From contig JAAOMT010000703.1 in NCBI GenBank assembly GCA_016748015.1, positions 742,255 through 806,254 on the forward strand: 64,000 nucleotides of DNA, written 5' to 3'. Below the pieces are notes generated by a model. It did no database searches, had not been told where the DNA came from, and saw nothing but the letters and a program-made list of their open reading frames with translations. How positions within the stretch are numbered: the stretch's first letter is position 1; every line of letters starts with the position of its first letter. Below, one piece after another: positions 1-12,299 of this stretch. Made by a program: the position numbers and the translations under genes. Origin of the DNA: Geosiphon pyriformis uo1 (Eukaryota; Fungi; Glomeromycota).

Positions 1-620
1 GATGTTTTAAGTGTAATTCAAAAGATGGTGAATAAACATCAGTATTATCGAGATAGACAACTACTGATTTCCAAAGGAGGTCTTTGTAAACAATGTCCAT
101 GAGTCTTTGGAATGTTGCTGATGCATTGCATAATCTGAAAGGCATTACATTGAACTCATAATTTCCTCCTTGAGTGGTGAATGCTGTTTTGGGGCAATCT
201 TTGGGATTTATGGCAACTTGCCAGTATTCACTCTCTAAATCTAATGTTGAAAAGTATTTGGACTTCCCAAGAGCATCTAGCATGTCATCAATTTGGGGAA
301 GAAGGTAGGTATCTCCAATGATAATGCTGTTGAATTGTCGATAATCAACACAAAATTATATCTTTCCATTTTTCTTTTTAACTAGGACCACAGGTGAAGC
401 CCATAGACTCATTGATGATTAAATAAGCCCATTGTTAAGCATCCATTGTACTTCTTTTTGGATAAATTGGTGACTTTCTGGAACAACTCAGTAGGCTTGT
501 TGTCATCTTGGTTTGACATCTCCAGTATAAATTTGGTGTTGTACCAAATCAGTTCTTCCTAGGTTATTGTTGTTTTCAGTGAAGATATTGGTAAATTCTG
601 CTATTAGCTCTTTAAGCTGT
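1..620 (-). pseudogene. Gypsy A reverse transcriptase, N-terminal part
   Basis: Reverse strand reads WASPVVLVK..FCVDYRQ..YFSTLDLESEYWQV..KTAFTT..YEFNVMPF with in-frame stops. Confidence 0.9.
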
Positions 621-1084
621 TTTTGCTGGTGTGGTTCTAGTTGTCCCATGTTGATTCGAAATAGTTTTTCCATAACAACATGTTAGATTTCGGAGCTTGG
701 TCTGAGGCTGATTTTTGGTAAAGAGTGTTCAATGATTTCTAAGAAGTTTAAAACTGTTTGAAATTGTTTTCGCTGAAAGATATTGCTGTGAATAACTTCT
801 ATTTCTAACTTGTTTAACAAAATAATGGGTTGATGGTTGAGATTGTAAAAAGTAATTTGGGCTTTCTTTGCTCCTTTTGGAACATAGATGTTTGGGATTA
901 AAATGTTGTGTTTTAAGCAAATTTGTTCATTGAATTCAAAGATTTGTTGAGTAGTCGTGGGGTTTTCACATGTGTAAATTTCATGATGTTCTTCAAAGAG
1001 TGGAATGGTAATTGGTTGTAGAAGTTGCAGAAGCTGGTGAGATTCTTTCTGTTTATTGAGAGTTATGTTTACTGGAACTGTAAA

Positions 1085-1520
1085 TCGTCCAGTTGAACCA
1101 AAACCTTGTGTTCCTCTTTCACTTTTTCCCAATTGTTCTCTTTGATTGACTAACTATAAATCCGAAATGTTGATTAAGGATAAATAGATAGCTTAAGCAA
1201 TTTTTTTGGCATGTTCAATTTTGAAAGGTTTATTGGTTTCATTTTGGAGTATTACTGTTATGTTACCAGTATATCCAGCATTGATTATTCCTCCTCTGAC
1301 ATTGATTCCTTTGCTTGCCAGAGAAAACTGGGAGGCAATTTGAACCATTGCTCCTGGTGGGATTTCAAGGACAATTTTGAGATTGATTTTTGTGAGAGAT
1401 TTGGGTTTGAGAATAAGAGTATCCTTGTCTGAATATCTTAGGTCATATCTAGCATTAATTTTATGTGCTTTTTTGGGTTTTATTTCTTGTCCATTGTTGT
1501 TGAAGTATTTGAGTTGTAAG
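1085..1520 (-). pseudogene. Gypsy A trimeric-type dUTPase domain
   Basis: ORFs 1193-1690 and 683-1132 carry motif remnants ARYDLRY, SQFSLA, GGIINAGYTG, KIA*, RGTQGFGSTG. Confidence 0.9.
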
Positions 1521-1629
1521 GCAGGCTGATTTTTGATAAGATAGATGGGTGTTGCTTCAATTTTTTCTGTTGCTTCAGGTTCTCCAAATTCAATTTTGTT
1601 TTCATCATTTTCACTGGGCAGGGGAATGC

Positions 1630-2250
1630 TAAGAGCATAGCATTCAGGACACCATTGCTCATCGCAAGGCATTATGCATTCTTCACACAATTTAATGTTT
1701 ATTTGCTCTAGCTGTTGGGCTTGAGCTTCTTTGGTCAGGTAAATATGACTGGCAATTTGGTGATATACTTCTACTTCATCTTCATAGTTGTATCCAGTGA
1801 TTTCAAAGGTGTATACAATGTATTCTGATTCTTTTATTTAACAAACATTTTCTTAAGTGGCTTCATTGATTAAAGCCATTGCTAGATCAAAAATCATTTC
1901 GGCATTATGAGGGTAATAGTACAGTTTGTTGAGGGTGCTGTTGTAAGCAGCATCAAAAGAGGTTCCTCTTGTTACTTTTTCTGAGATTAAAAAAGCCTAT
2001 TGGCATGTTTGATCGCAGACTTCTCTTTTGAATGCAACATCAATCCAGTCATATTTATTAGGTAATTATTCTTCACAAGTTAAACAGGGCATTCCATTCC
2101 ATTTTCCACTTCTTTTGACTAGGTGTCCCCATTGTTTTTGGTGGCAGGATTTGCAATAGTAACAGGTATGGTTTTCATATTTTTTCTTGGGTGAAATACA
2201 AGCTCCCATTGATGAGAGTTTCTTGTGGCAATCTTTGCATTTGAGTGAAA
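1630..2250 (-). pseudogene. Gypsy A cysteine-rich domain between protease and dUTPase
   Basis: CKDC..YYCKSC..PCLTC..CDQTCQ..LCEECIMPCDEQWCPEC; colinear with 43640-44230. Confidence 0.8.
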
Positions 2251-2499
2251 TGTAAGGGTGTCATTTCTTTGGTTCTGGTTTAGAATATAAGATGTTTCAT
2301 CCAGGGGTTTCTGGTTCCTCTGAATATGAGTTTGTTGCAAAATACATTTGTTCAGTTTCCTTGGCCCAATTAGACGTTGATCCAAGAGCCATAAATGTTT
2401 CGATTATTGGTTTTTTTTCTTTTTGTTTGAATTCAAAAGCCGGGGCTTTTTTGGAGCATTTGTTGAATGTACCACAAGTGGCAAGTACTTGGACATATT

Positions 2500-2840
2500 G
2501 TCCTTGGTAAGAGATTTGTAGTTTTTGGGTTTCCCAGTCTAATTTTGCATTGGCTTTTTAAAGCCAATCATTTCCGACAAGGGCTTGATACTGAGGAGCA
2601 TCCATTACAAGAACTTTGACTGGAATGGTGATTCCATCAAGAGTGAACAGAAAATTGTCAATTTCTCCTACTGGAGTTTTTTTCATGTCATCGGCAGTGA
2701 CAATTACTGTTTGAGCTGGTCGGTCAACATTTCTCTTTAACTGTTGTATCAACTGGTAAGTAATAATACTTCTAGTAGATCCACTGTCTAAGATTAAGTA
2801 AATTGTCTTTCCTTCAACTTCAGCTTCAGTATACATAGTT
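2500..2840 (-). pseudogene. Gypsy A aspartic protease
   Basis: ORF 2558-2836: YLILDSGST...ALVGNDWL. Confidence 0.9.
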
Positions 2841-2949
2841 GTGATTGCTTTCTGTTTATTTGCAGCAGCATTACTAAGTAGAAATGATGATTCATTGGCT
2901 TTGAACTTGAAAAGAAAAATATCAAAGAGATTGGTATTTTTAGCAATTC

Positions 2950-4824
2950 TGGTTGATGGAATAGTGGTGTGGTTATGAGAAGGATTTTGTTGTTGTGCTG
3001 CAGCTCTACCTTCCGAGAGTGCAGTATGGTGAAATCCTGTTCTTCTAGCATTATAAGATAACTAGGTTGAGTATGATAATGGTTGGGTCTTGGTTGAGCT
3101 AAATTTCGGGGAACCAATTGGTTGTTCAAATTGATTCTATTGTTGTTTACTTGGTATTGGTTTTGTGGTATGAACTGATTTTGCAGAATCAATCTTCAAG
3201 CAAGCACTTAATAATGTTGTATGGGTGGTTGTTGGTATTGCTGTTGGATTGGCTGTGGGACAGGCTGATAATAATTACTTTGATATTGGGGTCTTGGTGG
3301 ATAGTAAGCTGGTGGTAGTAGTTGATAATAAAATTGCTGTGATGGAAGGTAACATTAATTACTCCTATTTTGTTGGTCTCATTGTAGCTTTCTGCAATTT
3401 CTTTTCCAGTGGCCAGAGATTTCACAGTAATGACAATTCTGAGACTGGTTATTAGAAAGTGGTGCGAATTTATTTTGATTTCATCTTTGGGGTGGTTGAT
3501 ATCTTTGGAGTTGCTGTTGTTGTTGTTGGTTGGTAAAGTAGTTTTCAACTTTTTTAGTTAATTGGTCAATTTTTTCTTCAGCTGCTGAGCTGGTTTTTCC
3601 AATAGCCAGGTTAATAAGTTTGGTATGGTTGGCTTCTTCTATGGCCATTTCATAGTTTTTTGTCTGTTGAATAGCAGTGGCTAAATCTTCTGGTGCATGT
3701 GGGCAAACTTTTTTGATAAGTTTGTCTTTTAGTCCAGCTATGAATTGATCCAAGATTTGTGCATTGAAGTAGTATTCATTGGTTTCCAATTGCTGAATCC
3801 TTCTAAGCAATTTGTTGAATTTCCCAAGATAGTTCATAACAGATTCACTTGGTTCTTACTTGATATTTCAGAACCAATTTCGAAGAGTGATAGAAGTGTT
3901 ATTGTTAGTGAACTGTTCTAGAAAAGCAGTTTTGAATGCTTCCCAGTATTCTGGTGGGGCTTCCAAGTTTTCAAACCATTTACTGGCCATTTCTTGTAAG
4001 AAGTATAGAATTGCTTTTAACATTCTGGCAGCGTTCCAACCATTTGCATCTCTTGCTTTTGAGACTTTGTCAAGCCATTCTTGAGAACTGGTTTCACTGT
4101 CTTCTCCTGTGAACTCAGAGATTTTTGTGATATATGTGGAGGCCATTTCTTCTTTGTTTTTTGAGTCTTCTGTTTCTTGTTCTGATTTGGTCTCTTCACT
4201 TCAATTTTCTGCTAAGTAGTCAATAAAGTTTGTGCTGGTTAATATTGGTTCCTATTGTTGAATAGGACTTTTGGGTGACTGAAAATCTTTTATTTTTGAA
4301 AACCAAATAAGTAATGAGCTTGGTGTTTACAATTGAGCAAATGAAGCTGGAAATGGTGTGATTGAGAGTGATAATTTAAAGCTGGTTCCTTGTTCTGGAG
4401 TTTGTAAATGTTTGGCAGTGGTTTTAGGTGTATTGGGAGTAGTTCTGAGTTTTTGTTTCTTTTTTCTTTTTCCTTCTTCTGTTTTCGATTCAAAACTAAG
4501 AGAAAATTTTTGTTCTACTGGGTAATTCTCTTTACAATACTGAATGATATTGAAGTTGAGTTCTTGGAAATATGTTTCAAGTGTTTGATTGTTAAAATCC
4601 TGAATGTTTAAACGAGAGTGATGTACTAAGCTTTCATATAAGTTGTGTATGACTTCTGAAATATTTTAGTCTCCAAAAAGATAATTGTTGATGCAATTTT
4701 CAATGTACTGGTAAAGTGTTTTTTTAAATGTTTCAATTCCGTCTGGGATGTTAAATCTCTGCTTGCAGTAGGTGTAGATTAACTGATAATACTCTAGAGT
4801 TGTTGCGTCTGGTGTGGTTGCCAC
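2950..4824 (-). pseudogene. Gypsy A gag (capsid-like region, zinc-knuckle remnant, Q/N/P-rich tail)
   Basis: ORFs 3868-4146 and 3481-3837 align with gag of element B. Confidence 0.85.
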
Positions 4825-4851
4825 TTTGAAGTTGTTTTTGCTGTGTTGTTT

Positions 4852-4867
4852 CCATAGGAGAGCACCA
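4852..4867 (-). promoter_or_regulatory. Primer-binding site of Gypsy A (TGGTGCTCTCCTATGG)
   Basis: TGG-initiated sequence 2 nt inside the LTR end; cognate tRNA not assigned. Confidence 0.8.
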
Positions 4868-4869
4868 AA

Positions 4870-5844
4870 TGTTACCAGAGGTTTTTTGCCTCTTTTTAGC
4901 TCTTGTATGTTTGTTGATTTGCTGTGAATTCACATTTCCAGGAAGTAGTTGAATCTCCAGTAACTGAATTTATCTTCAAATTATTTTCTATAATTTGAAC
5001 TGCTGGGCTTATAAGTAGAATGGCCAATTTTGTGCCAGTTGCTTTGTGTAGTTACATTGTAGTAAACATCAACTTTTTCCCAGGAATTGCTCATCTGGAA
5101 GCTCACTAAAAATGTGTAGTTACTCTGCTGTGAAAGTCAACTCTTCTACAGGAATCTCATCTGTAGGTTATCCTAATAATTATAATAAGAAAATAAAAAA
5201 AAATAAAAGAAATGTAAAAGAAATAGAATTCTGTTAAGGAAAACATTTTCTATCTAGGCCTGGAGTCACTAATAGTTTACTGAAATTGGTAGCTAATCAA
5301 TTTCAAAACATTAGTTGGGTTTTGAGGATTTTCCAAGTGCAATAATTAAAGAATTTGGTTTTTCAAATTATTTGATATTTATTTCTTTTTGTGTGTATAG
5401 GAATGGTTCTAAGAGGTAAATCTAAAGTAAGATGTATTTTCTCGAAGAGAAAAGCTCTTCTTTTATATAACTTGTTATAACACTATTCTATAAACTTGAA
5501 CTTTGCTCTTTTCTACAATTTTGCTGAACTAAAGATACATTTTGGCAAACTACAAGTTATTTCTGCAAACTATTAGATATTTTGGTGAACTATCAATTAT
5601 TTCAGCGAATTTCTACAAATTTTGGCAAACTTTTTGAATGTTACATATTTTGGGGTATTGCATGATTGATCATTGCACTTAGGTTACATTTGTGTTATGT
5701 ATCAATTGGGTTATTAATTAAATGATAATTTTGGACATTTTGCTAATGTAATAAGTGATAATTTAAAATGATAATATATGCTAATTAATAATAGGAATAA
5801 GATAATTTCATGCTAAATGATATTTCTAATTTTGTCTGGTAATA
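4870..5844 (-). repeat. 5' LTR of Gypsy A (about 975 bp)
   Basis: Terminal inverted repeat tgttaccag...ctggtaata; LINE coding sequence resumes at 5845. Confidence 0.85.
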
Positions 5845-8800
5845 TTGTTTTGCTCTTATAAGTGTCAGGAAATCTTATTGTGCATCTAAACTAGCTGAAT
5901 CACAGTATGCTAAAGAGGTGAACATCAGGTCTGCTGTTAATAAAAAGATGAAGAGTTTTGAAGTGAATAAGAGTCACACGATAAGAAGTGTGCTTGAGCA
6001 TCCATTTCACAAGGTGGTGCTTGATCACTTGGTTGTTAATGATAAACTAATTTTGAAGCCTAATTTGGTTAAATCTAAAGTAGATGTGATTATGGAGGGT
6101 TGAACCAGGAAACGTTGGGTAGTTGATAATGTTTCGGATGTTTAGTGCCACCAATACTATCCATTGGAGTATGTTTTTGATGAAGCTTTTTCTGATGTGA
6201 TGTGTTTGATTGGCTTCGATGAATTGTTTAGAGTAGTTTCTGATCTTTCTAATGGCAAAGCTGCTGGTTTGTCAGGGATCTCAAATGAACTTTGGAAACA
6301 TTGTAATAAGTTGGTTTTAGACATTCTGTTGGTACTTTTGAATTCTTGTTTAACTAGTGAATCTGTGCCTAGTCTTTAGAAAGAGGTCTGGGTCTCGATA
6401 ATCCCCAAACCCTATGAGTGGGAGGGCATTTTAATGAACACACATCCCATTGTCTTGATCAAAACAGCTTGCAAGATTCTTTTTAAGATTTTATCTGATA
6501 GGATCTTCGCAGTTTGCAGTGCTTTTGATGTTCTCCGTGGGGACAATTTTTCAGTTTTAAAGGGTACGACTACTTAATTCTCCATTTTTGCTATTGGTTT
6601 AGTAATTGAAGATGCCTTGAAAAAAAACCATGAGCTCTGGCTGGTTTTCCAGAACATGTGAAAGGCTTATGATTCAGTCGGCTGGAAGCATCTCAAGAAA
6701 AGTTTGATTAGAATTAAGATGTGCAGCAAATTCATTTAATTTTTTGGTAATATTTATAGAAATTGTACCAACCATGTTATGACGGATTTTGGTTTGACTG
6801 ATGATTATCATGTTCATGATAATCTGAATCAGGGAGAGGTTTTTTCCTCCCTTCTGTGGCACATATTTTATGATTCTCTGCTGTGTGAAGTCAAGCATTA
6901 AGAAAGTGTATGTGGGTATAGGTTAAATTCTCATTTTGTTTCCAGAAGAGGTCACTCTGAATCTCGGGCTGGGCTCTCTTTCTTTTTTGCTGCTGGTGCT
7001 TTTGTTAATGACACAATTTGGATTGGTAGCAGTTAGGTTGCTACTCAACATATTTTTAATATTGCCAGTAAATTTTTTTGGGTTAACAATATCTCAATTA
7101 ATAATGACAAGACAGTGGCCATTCCAATTAATAGCAGAGTCAGCAATCCTTTTCTTTCTATTAGTGGTTTACCCATATCTATTGCCAAGAAAGAGGAGTC
7201 TTATTGGTATCTAGGTATTTTTTTTCAACTGGGGGTTTTTCAAAACCTAGTTTGGCTAAGGTGCATTCAGACATTCGATTTTTTGTCAATCTGGTTTTGA
7301 AAAAAGCTGTTTCTGATAAACAATTCTTGTATTTGGTGTTAGCAGTTCTCCAACCCATAGTCAGCTATCATACGCAATTTAGTTTTGTTTCAATTGGCAT
7401 TTGTGACAAGTGGAACACTCTGGTTTGCAAAGGTCTGAAGCTTAAATCTGGTCTCTTGCTTGATTTTCCTGGTGATATGCTTCACTATCCTTCTTTTTAT
7501 GATTTAAAGTCTTTTTCACAGGTTCAATTTGAATGCAAGGTTGCCTTTCTTGTTAGCTTCATAAACTCTGGTGGAATTTTGGGTTGTTTATTTTCTCATA
7601 AGTCTCATGACTTATAAGTCTGATGTTGGCACTCTGTTCATCTATTAAGTTTTCCTGTTTGTATTAATGTCAGTGCTTTTAATAATTTCTTGGCAGACAT
7701 GGTCAGGATTTTTCTTGATTGCAATTTATCTTTGGGTGGCTCTTTAGCCAATTTTTTTCAGCCTCGTGGTGGGGTGCCCATGTCTGCTGTTCTGGGTGAA
7801 TCAAAATTTTCCAAGTTTCTTTCTTCTCTTCACAGGTTTGGTGTTGCCTTTGTGAATCAACTTTGTGATCATCATGGTGCTGTGTTTGATTGGCACACCT
7901 TTAAGTGGTGAAAGAGGCTTGGCCTCTGTGGCCTCATCTCTGAGTAGTTCAAGCTTGCTACTGCTTTTCTCAATGGTGTGAATTCCTCCCCTACTGGCCT
8001 CTTGGTATTGGGTGGTGTTGATTTTTTGGACATTCTTAGATCTCGTGATTTTGTGTCTGTTTGTGACCATCTCTCTCATGTAAGTTTGGATGATATATCA
8101 GTATACACAGATGGATCTCTGAAGAATTTGGGCACAGCTGGCTATAGGGCTGATGCTACTGCTTTTTTGAGGACATTGGTTTAGGTCTAGATGTTGGTGT
8201 ATTGGGTTTAATGTCATCTACTCTGGCAGAATTGCAGGCTATTGTATTGGCCCTAGAGTGTGTTTCCTTATCTAGTTCTGTCTGTTTGTTTTCAGATAGT
8301 CAATCTGCTTTGGATGCATGTAAGGCTGAATTGGGTCTTGTGTGTCCTAATTTCTGCAATCAGTGTTGGATTGAGCACCAACATATTGTCAATATTGTTA
8401 GAAGTAGGAATTTAAGTGTCAGTTGGCACAAGGTTAAAGATCACTCTGGTATTTTCAGGAATGAACATACTGACCTGATTGCTGGTGATGCATTTCTCTC
8501 TGATTAATATCTCCTTCCTCGTTTGAATAAACATTATATTGTTGCTGATGGTAATGTTGTTTCTGGCAATTCCAAACATTTTGTTCATGATATTTGTTGC
8601 TCTATACAGTATGCACACTAGGAGGTCAGTTCTGGCTCTAAGCTTTTGGCAAGTAGCTTGTTCTCTGAAATAGATTGGCCCTGCTCTTCACTGATTTGGC
8701 ATCCTGATTTGCATATGACCACTGGGTTTACTAGTAGACTCTTAGTTGGAGTTTGTATTTATTTTATAAAAGCTCTGTATTATCGGCTTCTTGTGGCAGT

Positions 8801-9518
8801 TCAGAAGCATCTCTATAACAGATGTTACTTTAGTGTGCTTTGTTTGTATTATGGCAATGTAGAGACTTCAAATCATGTGTTTTTTTGCAAAGTTGACAAT
8901 TCTGCTTGATCCCACATATTAGACTCTTATGCAGCTTCTTGAAGAACAATTTCTGGTTCTTCACATTCTTCTTCTTGTGTGTTGCAGCTGTTGTCATCTT
9001 GTGCTTCTGATTTCTCGGTCTCTATGGCCCTTTATAAGGGTTTCGTGTTTAATAATTGGCTTCATGAGATGGTTTCTATCTTCTATGATCCTAGGATTGC
9101 TGGTTTAGAGGTTGTTAAGTTTGTGAGATCTTTTGGTCTTGCCTTTAGAAATGATATTTGGTTGGTTTATGTTAAGCATCAAGCCTATATGAAAAAAGCC
9201 AATCTAATTCTACTTGATGGTTTAGCTCTTGTACTAGTTCCGGGCTTGGCTTCAGAGTTTTCTACTGGTGTGGTAAAATTGCTTGGCATCATAGAGGCAT
9301 TGGGAGTTCGTTTTGGCTTTCACAAATCTTGTTTGTTTTTTTTGGGTATAGATAAATCAGTGTCTGTTTATATAGCTGCATAGTGATGTTCTGATTGGCC
9401 CGAGTGGCTGGTTACATGTAGAAAGTGCATGATTCACACTTAGTATAGATTATTTTTTTGATGTATAGCACTAGGTAGTGTTTGGATTTCACTTGTTAAA
9501 TGTTAAAAAAAAAAAAAA
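5845..9518 (+). mobile_element. LINE copy 1, 3' portion (RT, RNase H, C-terminal zinc finger, 3' UTR, poly-A), cut by Gypsy A
   Basis: KAAGLSGISNELWKH, AFVND (FVDD motif), VYTDGSL, AELQAI, CLYYG..SNHVFFC; stop at 9383; A14 at 9505-9518; colinear with 26657-30318. Confidence 0.93.
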
Positions 9519-9740
9519 GATAAGAGTTTTAGTATTTGTTTTGGTTTATATAAGTTTTGTTTATTTTTTTTAAGTATTAATAATATTAATAATATTAATA
9601 TAAAATTATAGTATTGTTTTAACTAATTAAGTAACTAATTATATATAGACAATACATAATTTATATTTAGTTTAGATTACTTAATTTGATATATTATACT
9701 AGATTGTATTTAGGTTTTGCTTGTTAAATTAATAAAAAAA
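9519..9740 (+). mobile_element. Ghost LINE 3' end (last ORF2 codons, 3' UTR, A-tail)
   Basis: AT-decayed match to the GFHKSCLFF coding end and the tail ...cttgttaaa(A)n. Confidence 0.7.
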
Positions 9741-9761
9741 ATTTAATAATTTTAATAAAAC

Positions 9762-10233
9762 TTTTTTTTTATTTAGTTTAACAAATATGGTTTAATTGTA
9801 ATCTAAGAATATATAACATATATATATTATAAACTAAATATGATTTATGTATTTGCTATATGTAATCAGTTATTTAAGCCAATCAAGATTACATTACAAA
9901 CTAATTATTACTACTATATTACTTTTTAGATTTAAAAAAAAATAAGTATTTAGATTATATATTAAAATACACTCTTCTATTTTCTTTTATACTAAACAAT
10001 ATAACTAGTCTATTACTCAATTTGCTTTTATTGCTGATATTATAAAAAACTATACTATTATTGGCAATTATCACATCTTTTTTTTTCATATTAGTCCTGT
10101 GTTTAGATCTGTAACATCATATTTTGAATCTATAAACCAATACCAAGTTCCTTATAAACATTATTATCTGTAAACTTATTAGTCCAGAATCACTAAACAC
10201 AGCTAAAGCTTTATTGTATTAACTTTTAGGCAT
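9762..10233 (-). mobile_element. Ghost LINE 3' end, opposite orientation
   Basis: Reverse strand reads AVFSDS..KI*CYRSKHRTNMKKK (ORF2 C-terminus), then the tail motif and poly-A. Confidence 0.7.
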
Positions 10234-11121
10234 TGTTACTTGAAGAAAAAAAGCTTATCAAAGAAAAAAAAAAAATGTAACCTAAAAAGAAAAACATAAT
10301 GAAATGTAAAGGAACACAGAAGAACATGTAATAATGTTGAATAATGTGTTATAACATAAGATAACATGTTATAATGCAGGATAACACAGAATAATGTGTA
10401 ATAACATCAGATAATATGTTATAACATAGGATAATTAGTTATAATATAAAAAAATAAAGCAATAATTAGCAAGAACAGATGATCTAAAGCAATCCTATAA
10501 AACTAGAAAATATGTATATATAGCAGTAACATTAGAAGCAGAAAAGACAGAATCCCTAGACAGAAATTTATTAGTCACCATTCTTTAGTTAGAAATCATA
10601 TCATTCTAAAATATTAATAAATATACTTATTCAAACATTTTAAATCCAATTGCTTATTATCAACTCTAAATGTTAATAGTAATTGATACTTAAATCACAC
10701 GGAAATAATAACTTTTAATCACAGCTATTAACAAAATACTGACTTGCATTTGCCTTGGCTTATTTTTTTTATTTTTTTATTTTTTTATTTTCTTGCTTTA
10801 TTTTATTGTGTATACTAATTAATTGAGGATTAAGCACTAAATATTGACATCAAGAATTGTTTGGTAAAAGGTCCCTGTAAATGGATAAAAACATGTAAGA
10901 ATTATGGATTGCTTACCAGAGAATTGCTGGCCACTAAGCTAAGAAAAAAATTGACAGAATCATAATTCCGGGAAACTACAGATAAAACAACACAGAAGTC
11001 TTTGTCCATTATACAAAAAACTCCAATCAAAATCTTTAGATAACAACAACCATATTAGTTATTAAGCACCAAGTTACAGATTTGTTATTTACTCCAACTA
11101 CCCAAATAATCACCTGTAACA
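10234..11121 (+). repeat. LTR of family S (about 890 bp) with an internal 10-mer array
   Basis: tgttac...gtaaca termini; similar to 13622-14342 plus 17751-17896 and to about 52800-53175; no matching TSD found. Confidence 0.75.
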
Positions 11122-11607
11122 ATAGATAATAATATTTTTTTTTTAATATTAAGCTTTAGTAAAAATTTTTAAATTATTTTTTTGAATAAATTTAAGTATT
11201 TTTTTTCTATTATAATTTTGAAAACTTCAGTTTTTAGTTTTTTAAACTGCAAATTAATTATTTTTTTCAATTGGTTTGTTGTTAATATTTTTATAATTAA
11301 ATGTAATAATATTTTATCATATTTGTAAAAAATTATATATAGTTAATATATTATTTTTAAATAGATTATTTTCTAATAAAATGTTTTACTTGTTGTACTA
11401 TTTTTTGTTAAATACTTTTTTAGATTTATTAATATACAATATTTAAATATTTAGCTATTGTCTTAAGTAATAATAACTTTCTAATTTTTTTAGTTTTTTT
11501 ATTAGTTCTTTAGATTAAATAATTGGTAATAAATTTTGAAAGATTTTTTTATTTTTTCAATAATTTTTTTTACATAATTATCTATTTGTGTTTATAACTT
11601 ATTATAT

Positions 11608-12299
11608 TATTATAAATTAGAGTAACAAACTAATAGATAGCAAAAAAAAACAGAATTATAGAGTAATAGAATTAATTAAAAAGGATTTAACTTTAAGAAG
11701 TAAATTAAATAAGTATAGATTCGATATATAAGATCAGTTTTATAAAATATCTTAATTGCTATTCTCTTTTTAAAAAATAACTAAGGAATTTGAAAATAAA
11801 AAGATAGTCTATACTGTCAACAAATAATAACACACTGGTATAATTTTATGCTTTATATTGGCATTTTTAGAATTTAATATTAGATATTAGATATACTTTT
11901 TAGTTATATTTTATTTAATAATCTTCAAATACTATAATTATATAAGTTAGGAAAAAGATAAGTAAATGCCAACAAGTAATTTTTTATTCTAAAATGTTTA
12001 GATATTTAAAGATAAGGAAAAAAAAATAAGTAATAAAAGAAGAATTGAAATAATAATTGTTATTTTATTTATTTTTAATTAATTGTTACATGTTTTTTTA
12101 TATCTAAAAGACTTATTACTTATATAGCTATTAAAAATGGTCAATGATTAGATCAATGACCAAATTAATAATCAAGTTAATAATCAAATTAATGGTTAGA
12201 TTATTGATCAAATCAATAATTATTATCTAAAAATAGGATAGCTAATTATATAACATTAGTGGCTAATATATGTAAAAACTATGAGTTTTAATTATAATA
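11608..12299 (-). repeat. 3' LTR of Gypsy C
   Basis: Colinear with 22798-23569; adjoins the PPT complement ttatcctttcc. Confidence 0.85.

Larger units (their letters stand above)
1..5844 (-). mobile_element. Ty3/Gypsy LTR retrotransposon A (gag-PR-Cys-rich domain-dUTPase-RT), degenerate; 3' half lies outside the window
   Basis: Minus-strand fragments of gag (EFTGEDSETSSQEWL, QILDQFIAGLK), protease (LILDSGS), dUTPase (GGIINAGYTG, RGTQGFGSTG) and RT; 5' LTR and PBS at the right end; many stops. Confidence 0.93.

Noticed and set aside
9395-9415. tggcccgagtgg resembles a tRNA A-box (possible tRNA-derived SINE)
   Set aside because: No B-box or cloverleaf; it is the loop region of the LINE 3' hairpin
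10230-11125. Calling this LTR a clean solo LTR with a TSD
   Set aside because: Flanks GCAT and ATAG differ and the two sides belong to different elements; probably rearranged
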